From Candidatus Aenigmatarchaeota archaeon (GTDB taxonomy: Archaea; Aenigmatarchaeota; Aenigmatarchaeia; GW2011-AR5), in the NCBI GenBank assembly GCA_016180925.1, contig JACPAH010000020.1:4620-28619 (forward strand): a DNA stretch of 24,000 nt, given 5' to 3'. Shown here in pieces: positions 16,355 through 23,131 of the stretch. Position numbers and translations under genes: made by a program. The notes under the pieces were generated by a model. That model was not told the DNA's origin. It ran no database searches and was given only the letters and a program-made list of their open reading frames with translations. Within the stretch, counting starts at the first letter, position 1; each line of letters opens with the position of its first letter.

Positions 16355-16461
16355 TTAGTCTTTTTCGCGTTGTATTCCTTGCCGCAGAAGCCGCAGAATA
16401 TCATGTGGCGAGTCTTAATCAGACGGCCGTCCTTGCAGCTGTTGCACCTTTTTATTACCAT
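16345..16461 (-). CDS. 38-aa zinc-ribbon protein
   Basis: Hand translation gives MVIKRCNSCKDGRLIKTRHMIFCGFCGKEYNAKKTKWQ with CxxC...CxxC. It is coupled to the downstream ORF. Confidence 0.45.
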   Translation of the reverse strand: MVIKRCNSCKDGRLIKTRHMIFCGFCGKEYNAKKTKWQ

Positions 16462-16474
16462 TTGACACACACCC

Positions 16475-16642
16475 TTACTCGTTCTTTCTGCCGTCCAGCC
16501 CGGACATGAGCATCTCCTTGCTTATCTCTCCAGAGAGCAAAGCTTTCTGAGATCTTGAAGGAATTTCATTCCTTCCAAGACTGCCTTCGGCATACTCATG
16601 CCCGTGTTTGGCCCTCTCATCCCTGTTCTGGCGGCTTTTCAT
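16475..16642 (-). CDS. 55-aa hypothetical ORF containing repeat copy C1
   Basis: MKSRQNRDERAKHGHEYAEGSLGRNEIPSRSQKALLSGEISKEMLMSGLDGRKNE. The IPSRSQKALLS part is encoded by the two-hairpin repeat, so coding status is doubtful. Confidence 0.3.
   Translation of the reverse strand: MKSRQNRDERAKHGHEYAEGSLGRNEIPSRSQKALLSGEISKEMLMSGLDGRKNE
16531..16575 (-). repeat. two-hairpin repeat, copy C1
   Basis: On the plus strand: CAGAGAGC-AAA-GCTTTCTG (16531-16549), linker AGATCTT, GAAGGAAT-TTC-ATTCCTTC (16557-16575). Confidence 0.8.
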
Positions 16643-17058
16643 CTGTATTATATGCCCGGAGTGCCTTAAATAGTTTACTACTTATTAGTAGTTATTTTAT
16701 GATATATATTTCAGCGTGATAATAATCATATACAAATGGCATGGGAAGAAGGTGGGAACACGTTAATTGAAGCCTTTAAATAATTTATCTTGGACTTAGT
16801 TAACAAAATATAAAGGCAGCAAGAGGGGTGAAAAGCGTGAAAATAAGATTCTATGAAGAAGAAGATGACGACAGCGGCTGGGACGATGACGACGACGCCG
16901 GTGACGAAGATGAAGGTGGCGGCGGAGAAGAGGAATAACCCTTTGTTTCGGTATTTTTTGTTTTAATTACCAAATTCCTTCAAAAACCTCACTTTTGAGG
17001 ATTTCAAAGAAATGTAATTTCTTTGAAGATTTCTGTGATTTTATGCATCTGAATATGT

Positions 17059-17150
17059 TATAGTGCTCCAAGAAAACATTCAGGATATTAGTTTTCTTGG
17101 GCACTATATGTGAAGCAAATAAACATGTCGGGATTCTTTATTTGCTTCAC
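17059..17150 (-). other. two adjacent long hairpins immediately 3' of aIF2-gamma (terminator or small structured RNA candidate)
   Basis: 17059-17077 pairs with 17091-17108 (18 bp, one bulged T, 13-nt loop). 17110-17123 pairs with 17137-17150 (14 bp, 13-nt loop). Confidence 0.5.
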
Positions 17151-17171
17151 TATAAGAATATTTATGCTCAT

Positions 17172-18407
17172 CTAGAGGATTTCGCCCCATCCTATGAGAT
17201 GCCACCTGCCGCCGACCTGCTTTGATAATGCAACCTTGCTTCCGGCCCGAGCGCAGACAGGTATCTTCAGGCTTACATTTACGCTCTTTCCGGAGGAAGT
17301 CACCAGGCCGACAGTTTTTGATATGGCTACCGTCATCATGAGAACGTCTCCCGTCCTTATCGGCTCCACTTTCTTTACGCCTTCCACTCCTATTATATGG
17401 TCGAACGGATGGACCTTGAGGTTCAGCTGATCCATGTTGGACGGCAGGTTCTTTCCTGCGATGCTTCCGGTCATCGAGTCTCCTCTGGTGAGCGACGGGT
17501 CGAGCTCCGTCTGCATCGCGACAAGACCACCGGGCGACGCCTCGTCTACCCTGCCTGTCTGGAACATCTCTGTTATCTTTGTCGTTATGGGGCTCCATTT
17601 GTCGTTTATCTTGACCCCGGGCTTTATCTCTATCTCGTCGCCCGTCTTTATTGTGCCTTCTATCAGCGAACCGCCTATGACGCCGCCTTTGAGCTCGCCG
17701 GGCGGCGTGCCGGGCTTGTTGATGTCGAACGACCTTGCCACATAGAAAATAGGGCTTTTTGTCGCATCCCTCTTCGGGCTCGGCATGAGCCTTTCTATCT
17801 CCTCTATGAGCATGTCGATGTTGATGTTGTTTATGGCGCTGATTGGTATTATCGGGGCGTTCTCCGCGACCGTCCCTTTCACGAATTTCTTTATTTCGTC
17901 ATGGCTCTCGATCGCCCTCTTTTCCGGGACCAGGTCTATCTTGTTCTGGACTATTATTATGTTCTTTATTCCCGCTATATCCAGCGCCTTGAGATGCTCG
18001 GCTGTCTGGGGCTGGGGGCATTTCTCGTCCGCGGATATCAGGAGAAGCGCTCCGTCCATCAGCGCCGCGCCCGACAGGACGGTCGCCATCAGCGTCTCGT
18101 GGCCGGGGGCGTCCACGAAGCTTACCGCCCTCTTCGGCCTGCAGTCGCCGAAGCATGACATGCATTTCCTGGCGTTGCCGTATTTCCTGCATTTGTCGCA
18201 GTAGTAGAACGTGACGTCGGCGTAGCCCAGCCTTATCGTGATGCCCCTTTTCATTTCCTCGCTGTGGGTGTCCGTCCACTTGCCCGTCAGGGTCTGTGCC
18301 AGGCTGGTCTTCCCGTGGTCCACGTGCCCGACCATTCCTATGTTTATCTCTGGCTTCATTTCATCTTCGTTCTGTTTCATCTCTGTTTTCTTCGGGAAAG
18401 AAACCAC
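17172..18407 (-). CDS. eif2g: translation initiation factor aIF2 gamma subunit
   Basis: G1 motif GHVDHGKTSL, DAPGHE and NKID are present. The zinc knuckle is CDKCRKYGNARKCMSCFGDC. An alternative start is the ATG at 18380 (MKQNEDE...). Confidence 0.95.
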   Translation of the reverse strand: MVSFPKKTEMKQNEDEMKPEINIGMVGHVDHGKTSLAQTLTGKWTDTHSEEMKRGITIRLGYADVTFYYCDKCRKYGNARKCMSCFGDCRPKRAVSFVDAPGHETLMATVLSGAALMDGALLLISADEKCPQPQTAEHLKALDIAGIKNIIIVQNKIDLVPEKRAIESHDEIKKFVKGTVAENAPIIPISAINNINIDMLIEEIERLMPSPKRDATKSPIFYVARSFDINKPGTPPGELKGGVIGGSLIEGTIKTGDEIEIKPGVKINDKWSPITTKITEMFQTGRVDEASPGGLVAMQTELDPSLTRGDSMTGSIAGKNLPSNMDQLNLKVHPFDHIIGVEGVKKVEPIRTGDVLMMTVAISKTVGLVTSSGKSVNVSLKIPVCARAGSKVALSKQVGGRWHLIGWGEIL

Positions 18408-18419
18408 CCCTGCAAGTCT

Positions 18420-18464
18420 GGAGAGAACAAAGCTCTCTCAGGCCATGAAGGAATCCCATTCCTT
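18420..18464 (-). repeat. two-hairpin repeat, copy C3 (diverged), in the aIF2-gamma 5' leader/promoter region
   Basis: On the plus strand: GAGAGAAC-AAA-GCTCTCTC (18420-18438), linker AGGCCAT, GAAGGAAT-CCC-ATTCCTTC (18446-18464). Confidence 0.7.
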
Positions 18465-18542
18465 CAATGCAAGAATTATGAAATCAAATATAAAAAAGCG
18501 TTCATGGCCTTTTTATTGCGGTTCTGCATTAATTGTTATTAT

Positions 18543-18764
18543 ATGGGCGACGAAAGGAAGCGGGAGATAGACAGGCTGCTTGACGAGGAGTTCGGGAAAA
18601 ATCTTGCGAAGGAATCATCAATTCCTTCAAGATCTCAGAAAGCTTTGCTTTCTGCAGAGAAGGGAAAAGGGTTCTTTCGCAGGCATCTCCTGCTGATACT
18701 GGCATTGATCCCGATAGTCTTCTTCAATACGCTCACACTGCTTGCGATTTTGGGAGTGATTTAG
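18543..18764 (+). CDS. 73-aa tail-anchored membrane protein, hypothetical; contains repeat copy C2
   Basis: MGDERKREIDRLLDEEFGKNLAKESSIPSRSQKALLSAEKGKGFFRRHLLLILALIPIVFFNTLTLLAILGVI. A TATA-like AAATATAAAAAA lies about 45 nt upstream of the ATG. Confidence 0.45.
   Translation: MGDERKREIDRLLDEEFGKNLAKESSIPSRSQKALLSAEKGKGFFRRHLLLILALIPIVFFNTLTLLAILGVI
18608..18654 (+). repeat. two-hairpin repeat, copy C2
   Basis: GAAGGAAT-CATCA-ATTCCTTC (18608-18628), linker AAGATCT, CAGAAAGC-TTT-GCTTTCTG (18636-18654). 18621-18654 equals the reverse complement of 16531-16564 with 1 mismatch. Confidence 0.8.
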
Positions 18765-18925
18765 CTTATATATATATTTTGGACAAGAAAAAGAAATGGC
18801 ACATGCTGAAATAATTACGCCGCATGGAGATATGAAATAGTCATGCAAATTACAGCTCTTCTCAAGTGAGGCAGAAATTAATCTTATTCCTTCTTTTCTC
18901 ATGAGAGCATGTCTGCAGGTAGAAT

Positions 18926-19330
18926 TTACTCTTTTTTATCCTCTTTCTGCTCTTTGGCCTTCCTCGGGAGCAGCTCTTCCAGCGCCTTCGCGCCCAGCTT
19001 CGAGACCTTGCAGTTTATCTGCGTGACTTCCTGCGACACAGTGTTGCCGCGGAACATGCGCCTCTTTCTCATGCCTTCCTTCCCTTTCCTGAAGCCTATT
19101 CCAATGGTCGCGACTATGTTCTTCCTTCCTATTCCCTCTATGTCCCTGCGCATCGGGAATCCGTCCTTGTCGGAGCCACCCGTTATCTGGAGCTCGTAGC
19201 CTTCAAGTCCCAAGAAATCGCCCGGAAAAGTGTCGCCTATGCGCTTTCCCATGACAGGGCAGTCCTTCTGCTCCTTCTCAACCTGTCCTGAATGCTTCTT
19301 GCCGCTTACGACGAATTTGAATACTGCCAT
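18926..19330 (-). CDS. rps6e: 30S ribosomal protein S6e
   Basis: MAVFKFVVSGKK...GYELQITGGSDKDGFPMRRDI...RKRRMFRGNTV is characteristic of S6e. I chose the ATG at 19330 rather than the longer ORF-track start at 19375. Confidence 0.9.
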   Translation of the reverse strand: MAVFKFVVSGKKHSGQVEKEQKDCPVMGKRIGDTFPGDFLGLEGYELQITGGSDKDGFPMRRDIEGIGRKNIVATIGIGFRKGKEGMRKRRMFRGNTVSQEVTQINCKVSKLGAKALEELLPRKAKEQKEDKKE

Positions 19331-19599
19331 TATACATCCCTTTCTTTCCGAAAGAAAGGTCTGTATCAACCCCAAAGAAAGGGCCTACAGACCTTCTTGA
19401 AAAAACCTTATAAGGAAGCAGCGAATCTCTTCATTGCTTCCCAGTTTTTTCAGCCGGGCTAATGCATTTGTTGGAGATAAAGCTTATAAATCCGCTGCAC
19501 TAGCGCAGCGGATTTGTGTGCAGAAAGCATAGATTTCTGACATCTCAAAAGAGCAAAGCTCTTTTGCAGACATATAAAATTTCCATACATCTTAACACC

Positions 19600-21036
19600 A
19601 TGAAAGCCCGCGTAGACGAAAAGTGGCCGTTCCACTTCTCCGAAATCCTGCTGAAGGGCAACCCTGAAAGCAGCGTCGCCGTGTGCACCCTGTGGACGCT
19701 GAAGGAGAAGTTCCTGCCGCTTGAAAACTTCGCCCTGATAGGCAACATGTATTACGGCGAGGGCGTGAGTTATCTTCTCCGCGGCATCCTCTCCAACCCC
19801 AACATACGCTATCTGGTGCTGTGCGGCGTTGACATATCGAATAGTGGCGAAGCCCTTGTTTCCATGTTCAAAAATGGCATCGACGACAACCACATGATAA
19901 TCGGGACCGGCGTTGAAGTGCACAAGGAAATTCCCAGAGATGCGATAGAGGACGTCAGGAAGCACGTTTTTCTCGTGGATATGCGCGGCGCAATAGACGG
20001 CGATAAAGTTGCGTCAAAAATAAGGGAGCTTGAGCCGCTGGACGCCTTTGGCGAGCCCAGGACGTTTCCCATGCCCGAGATTAAAAAAGTCGGCACGTTC
20101 CCGTCCGAGAAGACGGGATTCATAGTGCGCGAGGGGAAGATAGCCGACGCCTGGCTGCGCATCGTCAGGCACGTGATGAAATTTGGCAAGATAAAGAAGA
20201 GCCAGCAGGCGTCGGACATGCGAGAAGTCGTTAACCTGGTCTCGGTGATAGAAGACGAGAACCCGTCGGACCCGTATCTGCCTGAATTCATGCCGTTCGG
20301 CATCCGGGAGATAGAGAATTATTATCCGCAAATCATGACTCCCAAGGGCATCCCGGGCACAAAGTATACATACGGCCAGAAACTGCGGGACTTTCATGGC
20401 GTTAACCAGGTCGAATACATCATAGAGGACCTTAAGCGCACGCCATATTCCCGGCGCGCCGTGGCTGTGACATGGAACCCCGAAACGGACACGCGGAATG
20501 ACAATCCCCCCTGCTGGATAGTTGTGCAGTGCATCATTCAGGACCCGTATCTTTACCTGACATGCTATATCAGGACCAATGACATGTTCGCGGCGTGGCC
20601 CCTGAATGCGTTCGGCCTGCGCAAATTGCAGCAGGAAATAGCGGCCTCTCTTGGCGTCAAACTAGGGCCTTTGATAGTAGTTTCATGCAGCGCCCATATA
20701 TACAGCCACGACTGGAACAAGGCAAAAGAGCTGATAGATAAATACGGGCCGTCCCGGAAGTTCGTTGCGGACCCGCGGGGAAACTTCGTCATAAGGCTGG
20801 ACAGGGAGAAACAGGAACTCATTGTTACGCATTATTCGCCTGAGCAGAAGCAGCTGCAGGAATTCGCGGGGAAGACGGCCGTGGAGCTTTACAGGAAGAT
20901 ACTGGATGCGGACGCAATCTCCATGCCGGGGCACATGATGGACTTGGGCTGCGAACTCCAGAAAGCCGATACCGCCCTCAGGCAGGGTATAGTCTACGAG
21001 CAGGACAAGCCACTGGACTTCGGGAAGAAAGTTTGA
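19600..21036 (+). CDS. thyA: thymidylate synthase (ThyA-type core) with an N-terminal MtrA-like/pterin-associated domain and a C-terminal DUF4346-like domain
   Basis: ThyA core: RRAVAVTWNPETD, PPCW (catalytic Cys context), YIRTNDMFAAWPLNAFGL. C-terminal: RGNFVIRLDREKQELIVTHY...GHMMDLGCELQKADTAL...YEQDKPL, which resembles DUF4346. The ATG at 19600 is preferred over the 19516 extension, which crosses promoter hairpins. Confidence 0.8.
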   Translation: MKARVDEKWPFHFSEILLKGNPESSVAVCTLWTLKEKFLPLENFALIGNMYYGEGVSYLLRGILSNPNIRYLVLCGVDISNSGEALVSMFKNGIDDNHMIIGTGVEVHKEIPRDAIEDVRKHVFLVDMRGAIDGDKVASKIRELEPLDAFGEPRTFPMPEIKKVGTFPSEKTGFIVREGKIADAWLRIVRHVMKFGKIKKSQQASDMREVVNLVSVIEDENPSDPYLPEFMPFGIREIENYYPQIMTPKGIPGTKYTYGQKLRDFHGVNQVEYIIEDLKRTPYSRRAVAVTWNPETDTRNDNPPCWIVVQCIIQDPYLYLTCYIRTNDMFAAWPLNAFGLRKLQQEIAASLGVKLGPLIVVSCSAHIYSHDWNKAKELIDKYGPSRKFVADPRGNFVIRLDREKQELIVTHYSPEQKQLQEFAGKTAVELYRKILDADAISMPGHMMDLGCELQKADTALRQGIVYEQDKPLDFGKKV

Positions 21037-21071
21037 CGACCGTTTTTATACTTTGCTTTTTGAGATATAGC

Positions 21072-21401
21072 ATGAATTCAAGCACGTTCTATGTGGATAC
21101 AGCCGACCATGTGGGCCTGGCGCTGAAAGTCCGCCGTGCTGTTGTTGAAGTCAGCAGACAGCCGGACAACGAAGTCTATACAGTCTACCAGAGAAGAGAT
21201 GGGGTTCACGAATATTTCATAAAAGGCGATATAGAACTTTCTGTGGAAAGCAACCCCACGTATGCTTACGTGGGCCATGACGGAAGGGGGGTTGAAGTGA
21301 TAGTTTGCGATACCCTCGGGCAATACTACGAAAGAACGGTCGATTTGGTAGCCGGTATCTGCGGAAAAAGAGAGGAATCCAAAACACTCCCGCCTTCTTA
21401 A
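21072..21401 (+). CDS. hypothetical protein
   Basis: MNSSTFYVDTADHVGLALKVRRAVVEVSRQPDNEVYTVYQRRDG... has no recognisable motif. The ATG at 21072 is preferred to the 21033 start that overlaps thyA. Confidence 0.4.
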   Translation: MNSSTFYVDTADHVGLALKVRRAVVEVSRQPDNEVYTVYQRRDGVHEYFIKGDIELSVESNPTYAYVGHDGRGVEVIVCDTLGQYYERTVDLVAGICGKREESKTLPPS

Positions 21402-21407
21402 CGAAGT

Positions 21408-21641
21408 TCAGTCCCCTTCTTCCATATGTTCTTCTTCCTGCGCCTCGGGCTCTGGCAGGCTCTTGGTGATTACCTCTACAGAAATGCCCCCGCCTTCCCT
21501 TTTTCCTATCTTATATTCAGTCTCGCATCTGGGGCAAGTCATGGGCCTTGGCTCGTCCTCTATAAACTCGACTTTTATGTGGTATTTGCACTCGATGCAG
21601 TCGAACTCATTGCCGTCTTCCTCAAATGAGTAGTCTTCCAT
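21408..21641 (-). CDS. 77-aa acidic zinc-ribbon protein
   Basis: CIEC ... CPRC with acidic termini (EEEHMEEGD). Confidence 0.55.
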   Translation of the reverse strand: MEDYSFEEDGNEFDCIECKYHIKVEFIEDEPRPMTCPRCETEYKIGKREGGGISVEVITKSLPEPEAQEEEHMEEGD

Positions 21642-21679
21642 ATGGAATTTATATGAAACCTGAAATAAATAAGACGGTA

Positions 21680-21892
21680 TCAGGGGAACCTGTGGTCCCT
21701 TCCTCGTATGTATTGTCTGGCTGTATCAAGCTCACGTCCTTCGAGCGGGGTTCCGTCAGGCCTTTCGAGGCGGACATCGCCTCCGAGGCTGTAGCAAACC
21801 TCGACAGTCCTGGTATAGCCGGACCTCAATCTTCCGCTGTCAGTAAGCTCTACAGACATGCGCATTCCCGAAAGCGGCTCCATTCTTGACAT
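21680..21892 (-). CDS. hypothetical 70-aa protein
   Basis: The ATG at 21892 is preceded by TTTTTATAG about 25-30 nt upstream on the minus strand. An 87-aa ORF on the plus strand overlaps it, so strand assignment is tentative. Confidence 0.35.
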   Translation of the reverse strand: MSRMEPLSGMRMSVELTDSGRLRSGYTRTVEVCYSLGGDVRLERPDGTPLEGRELDTARQYIRGRDHRFP

Positions 21893-21986
21893 GGTAAGGA
21901 TATCCAAAATAACTATAAAAAGACGGATTTGGTTTTTGCGATGCCGGCTTCTGCCAAGACCATTCTTTACCAAAGAAACATATTTA

Positions 21987-22025
21987 AAGATATCTAACTA
22001 AGATATCTTATAGAGATATCAATGG
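21987..22025 (+). promoter_or_regulatory. three tandem 13-bp units, each containing the palindrome GATATC, overlapping the start of the 22022 ORF
   Basis: GATATC occurs at 21989, 22002 and 22015 (exact 13-bp spacing). The units are AAGATATCTAACT / AAGATATCTTATA / GAGATATCAATGG. A TATA-like ATATTTAAAG lies at 21979-21988. Confidence 0.6.
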
Positions 22026-22264
22026 CTTCATACAGGAGTATTCCGATAAGGGCTATAACAGAAAGAGCATCAAGGGAAGCCGAGGAATTGGGTTTGAATC
22101 TTGATGATATCGAAAGGATGATGAATGAAAGCTACGAATGCGCTGAAAGCAGGCGGAAAGAAGGCATTGAAGAAAGGTGCGTAAGAAAAGATAGTAAAAT
22201 ACTCAAAATCGTCATCAAGTTAAAAACAAGCAAAAGCGGGTTTGAGTATCTGCAAAGAGTATGA
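22022..22264 (+). CDS. 80-aa hypothetical protein (weak DUF4258/toxin-like resemblance)
   Basis: IRAITERASREAEELGLNLDDIERMMNE...KILKIVIKLKT loosely resembles the 'H-A-x-x-R-M-x-E-R-G-I' helix plus beta-strand layout of DUF4258. The resemblance is weak. Confidence 0.45.
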   Translation: MASYRSIPIRAITERASREAEELGLNLDDIERMMNESYECAESRRKEGIEERCVRKDSKILKIVIKLKTSKSGFEYLQRV

Positions 22265-22375
22265 ATAATGTCTTTCAAGTCACCATACTCTTTGAGATCA
22301 AAGCATTCGTATCAAAAATATTAAGAATGCTTATGATTGGAGAGTTCGCGAAATTGCATATGTGAGGTGAGAGTG

Positions 22376-22702
22376 ATGTCAAAAACAATATACGAGGATG
22401 AACTGGAATGCGAATGCGGCGGCACCATGAAGCCCAGGCTCTTTAATGTAGAAGGCTTCGCAGTCAGGGGATGGCAGTGCGAGAAATGCAGCAGAATCGA
22501 TTACTCGGACGACATGAATCTGGTGCTTACCGTGAAAAAATTCAAAAAAGATGGGGCTTCTCTGAAGCTCAGGAGCGTCGGCGATACGATTGTGGTCACA
22601 ATCCCGAAGGAAATCCGCGATGCGCTGGAGCTGAAAGCGGGGGAAGACGTGAAAATGTACCCGTTGTCAAAGAAGAAGATTATGGTGGAAATTGAGAAAT
22701 AA
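22376..22702 (+). CDS. zinc-ribbon + AbrB/SpoVT (MazE-like) DNA-binding protein
   Basis: CECGG...CEKC zinc ribbon, then VGDTIVVTIPKEIRDALELKAGEDVKMY, typical of the swapped-hairpin AbrB/MazE fold. The ATG at 22376 is preceded by GGTGAGAGTG. Confidence 0.65.
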   Translation: MSKTIYEDELECECGGTMKPRLFNVEGFAVRGWQCEKCSRIDYSDDMNLVLTVKKFKKDGASLKLRSVGDTIVVTIPKEIRDALELKAGEDVKMYPLSKKKIMVEIEK

Positions 22703-22721
22703 AATAATAATTAAAATTAAA

Positions 22722-22757
22722 TTTTCTACAGGCCCCACTTGGGCTCCTGCTTGCATT
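22722..22757 (-). repeat. orphan duplicate of the aIF5B 3' end (encodes KCKQEPKWGL-stop)
   Basis: 22733-22754 matches 23549-23570 at 21 of 22 positions. In the minus frame it reads ...KQEPKWGL-TAG versus KRKQEPKWGL-TGA at the true gene end. All differences within the codons are synonymous. Confidence 0.75.
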
Positions 22758-22767
22758 TGCTTATAAT

Positions 22768-23100
22768 TTAAACTTCTACTTTCTTCTTGATTTTTTCTAT
22801 TTCTTCTTCCGCAAATGCCGAGGCAAGCTTGAAACTTAATTCCATGAGAACTCTTACTTTAGATTTTTCTTTGTTGAGTTTGTACATATCAGCCCTGCCT
22901 ATGGTTCTTGTCTTTGTTATTATTTTTTTGTCTATCAGTTCTTCCCATATCTTGTCAAGGGTGATTCTGGATACGCCGGTTTCTTCCGCAACCTGGCTTT
23001 TTGAGTAGTCGAAGCTGTCATAAGTCAAAAAGAAATCTAATACCTTCACGACAGGGGTTTCTCCGAATGTCTCCACAAATATCGAGTTTTTTGCTTCCAT
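22768..23100 (-). CDS. winged-helix transcriptional regulator
   Basis: YSKSQVAEETGVSRITLDKIWEELIDKKIITKTRTIGRADMYKLN has an HTH plus wing layout, followed by a C-terminal coiled tail. Confidence 0.65.
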   Translation of the reverse strand: MEAKNSIFVETFGETPVVKVLDFFLTYDSFDYSKSQVAEETGVSRITLDKIWEELIDKKIITKTRTIGRADMYKLNKEKSKVRVLMELSFKLASAFAEEEIEKIKKKVEV

Positions 23101-23131
23101 TTTATATCAACCTAATCTTTATGATTATTCA

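Noticed and set aside
17194-18279. ORFs overlapping aIF2-gamma in other frames or on the opposite strand (17397-18158 +, 17785-18204 +, 17104-17598 -, 17899-18279 -)
   Set aside because: aIF2-gamma carries unmistakable GTPase and zinc-knuckle motifs. The overlapping ORFs are Arg/His/Leu-rich with no motifs.
18627-18902. 91-aa minus-strand ORF between the 73-aa ORF and rps6e
   Set aside because: It overlaps the plus-strand tail-anchored ORF and repeat C2 in antisense, is Cys-rich with odd composition, and has no upstream promoter-like element. Neither ORF here is strongly supported, so I kept only the one with a TATA-like box.
19459-19965. 168-aa minus-strand ORF and the 19516-19599 extension of thyA
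   Set aside because: The minus ORF is antisense to the conserved thyA N-terminal domain. The extension runs through the promoter hairpins and the TATA-like box and encodes MCRKHRFLTSQKSK..., with no support.
21987-22025. CRISPR-like array
   Set aside because: There are only three 13-bp units with no spacers. No repeat-spacer architecture exists anywhere in the window.
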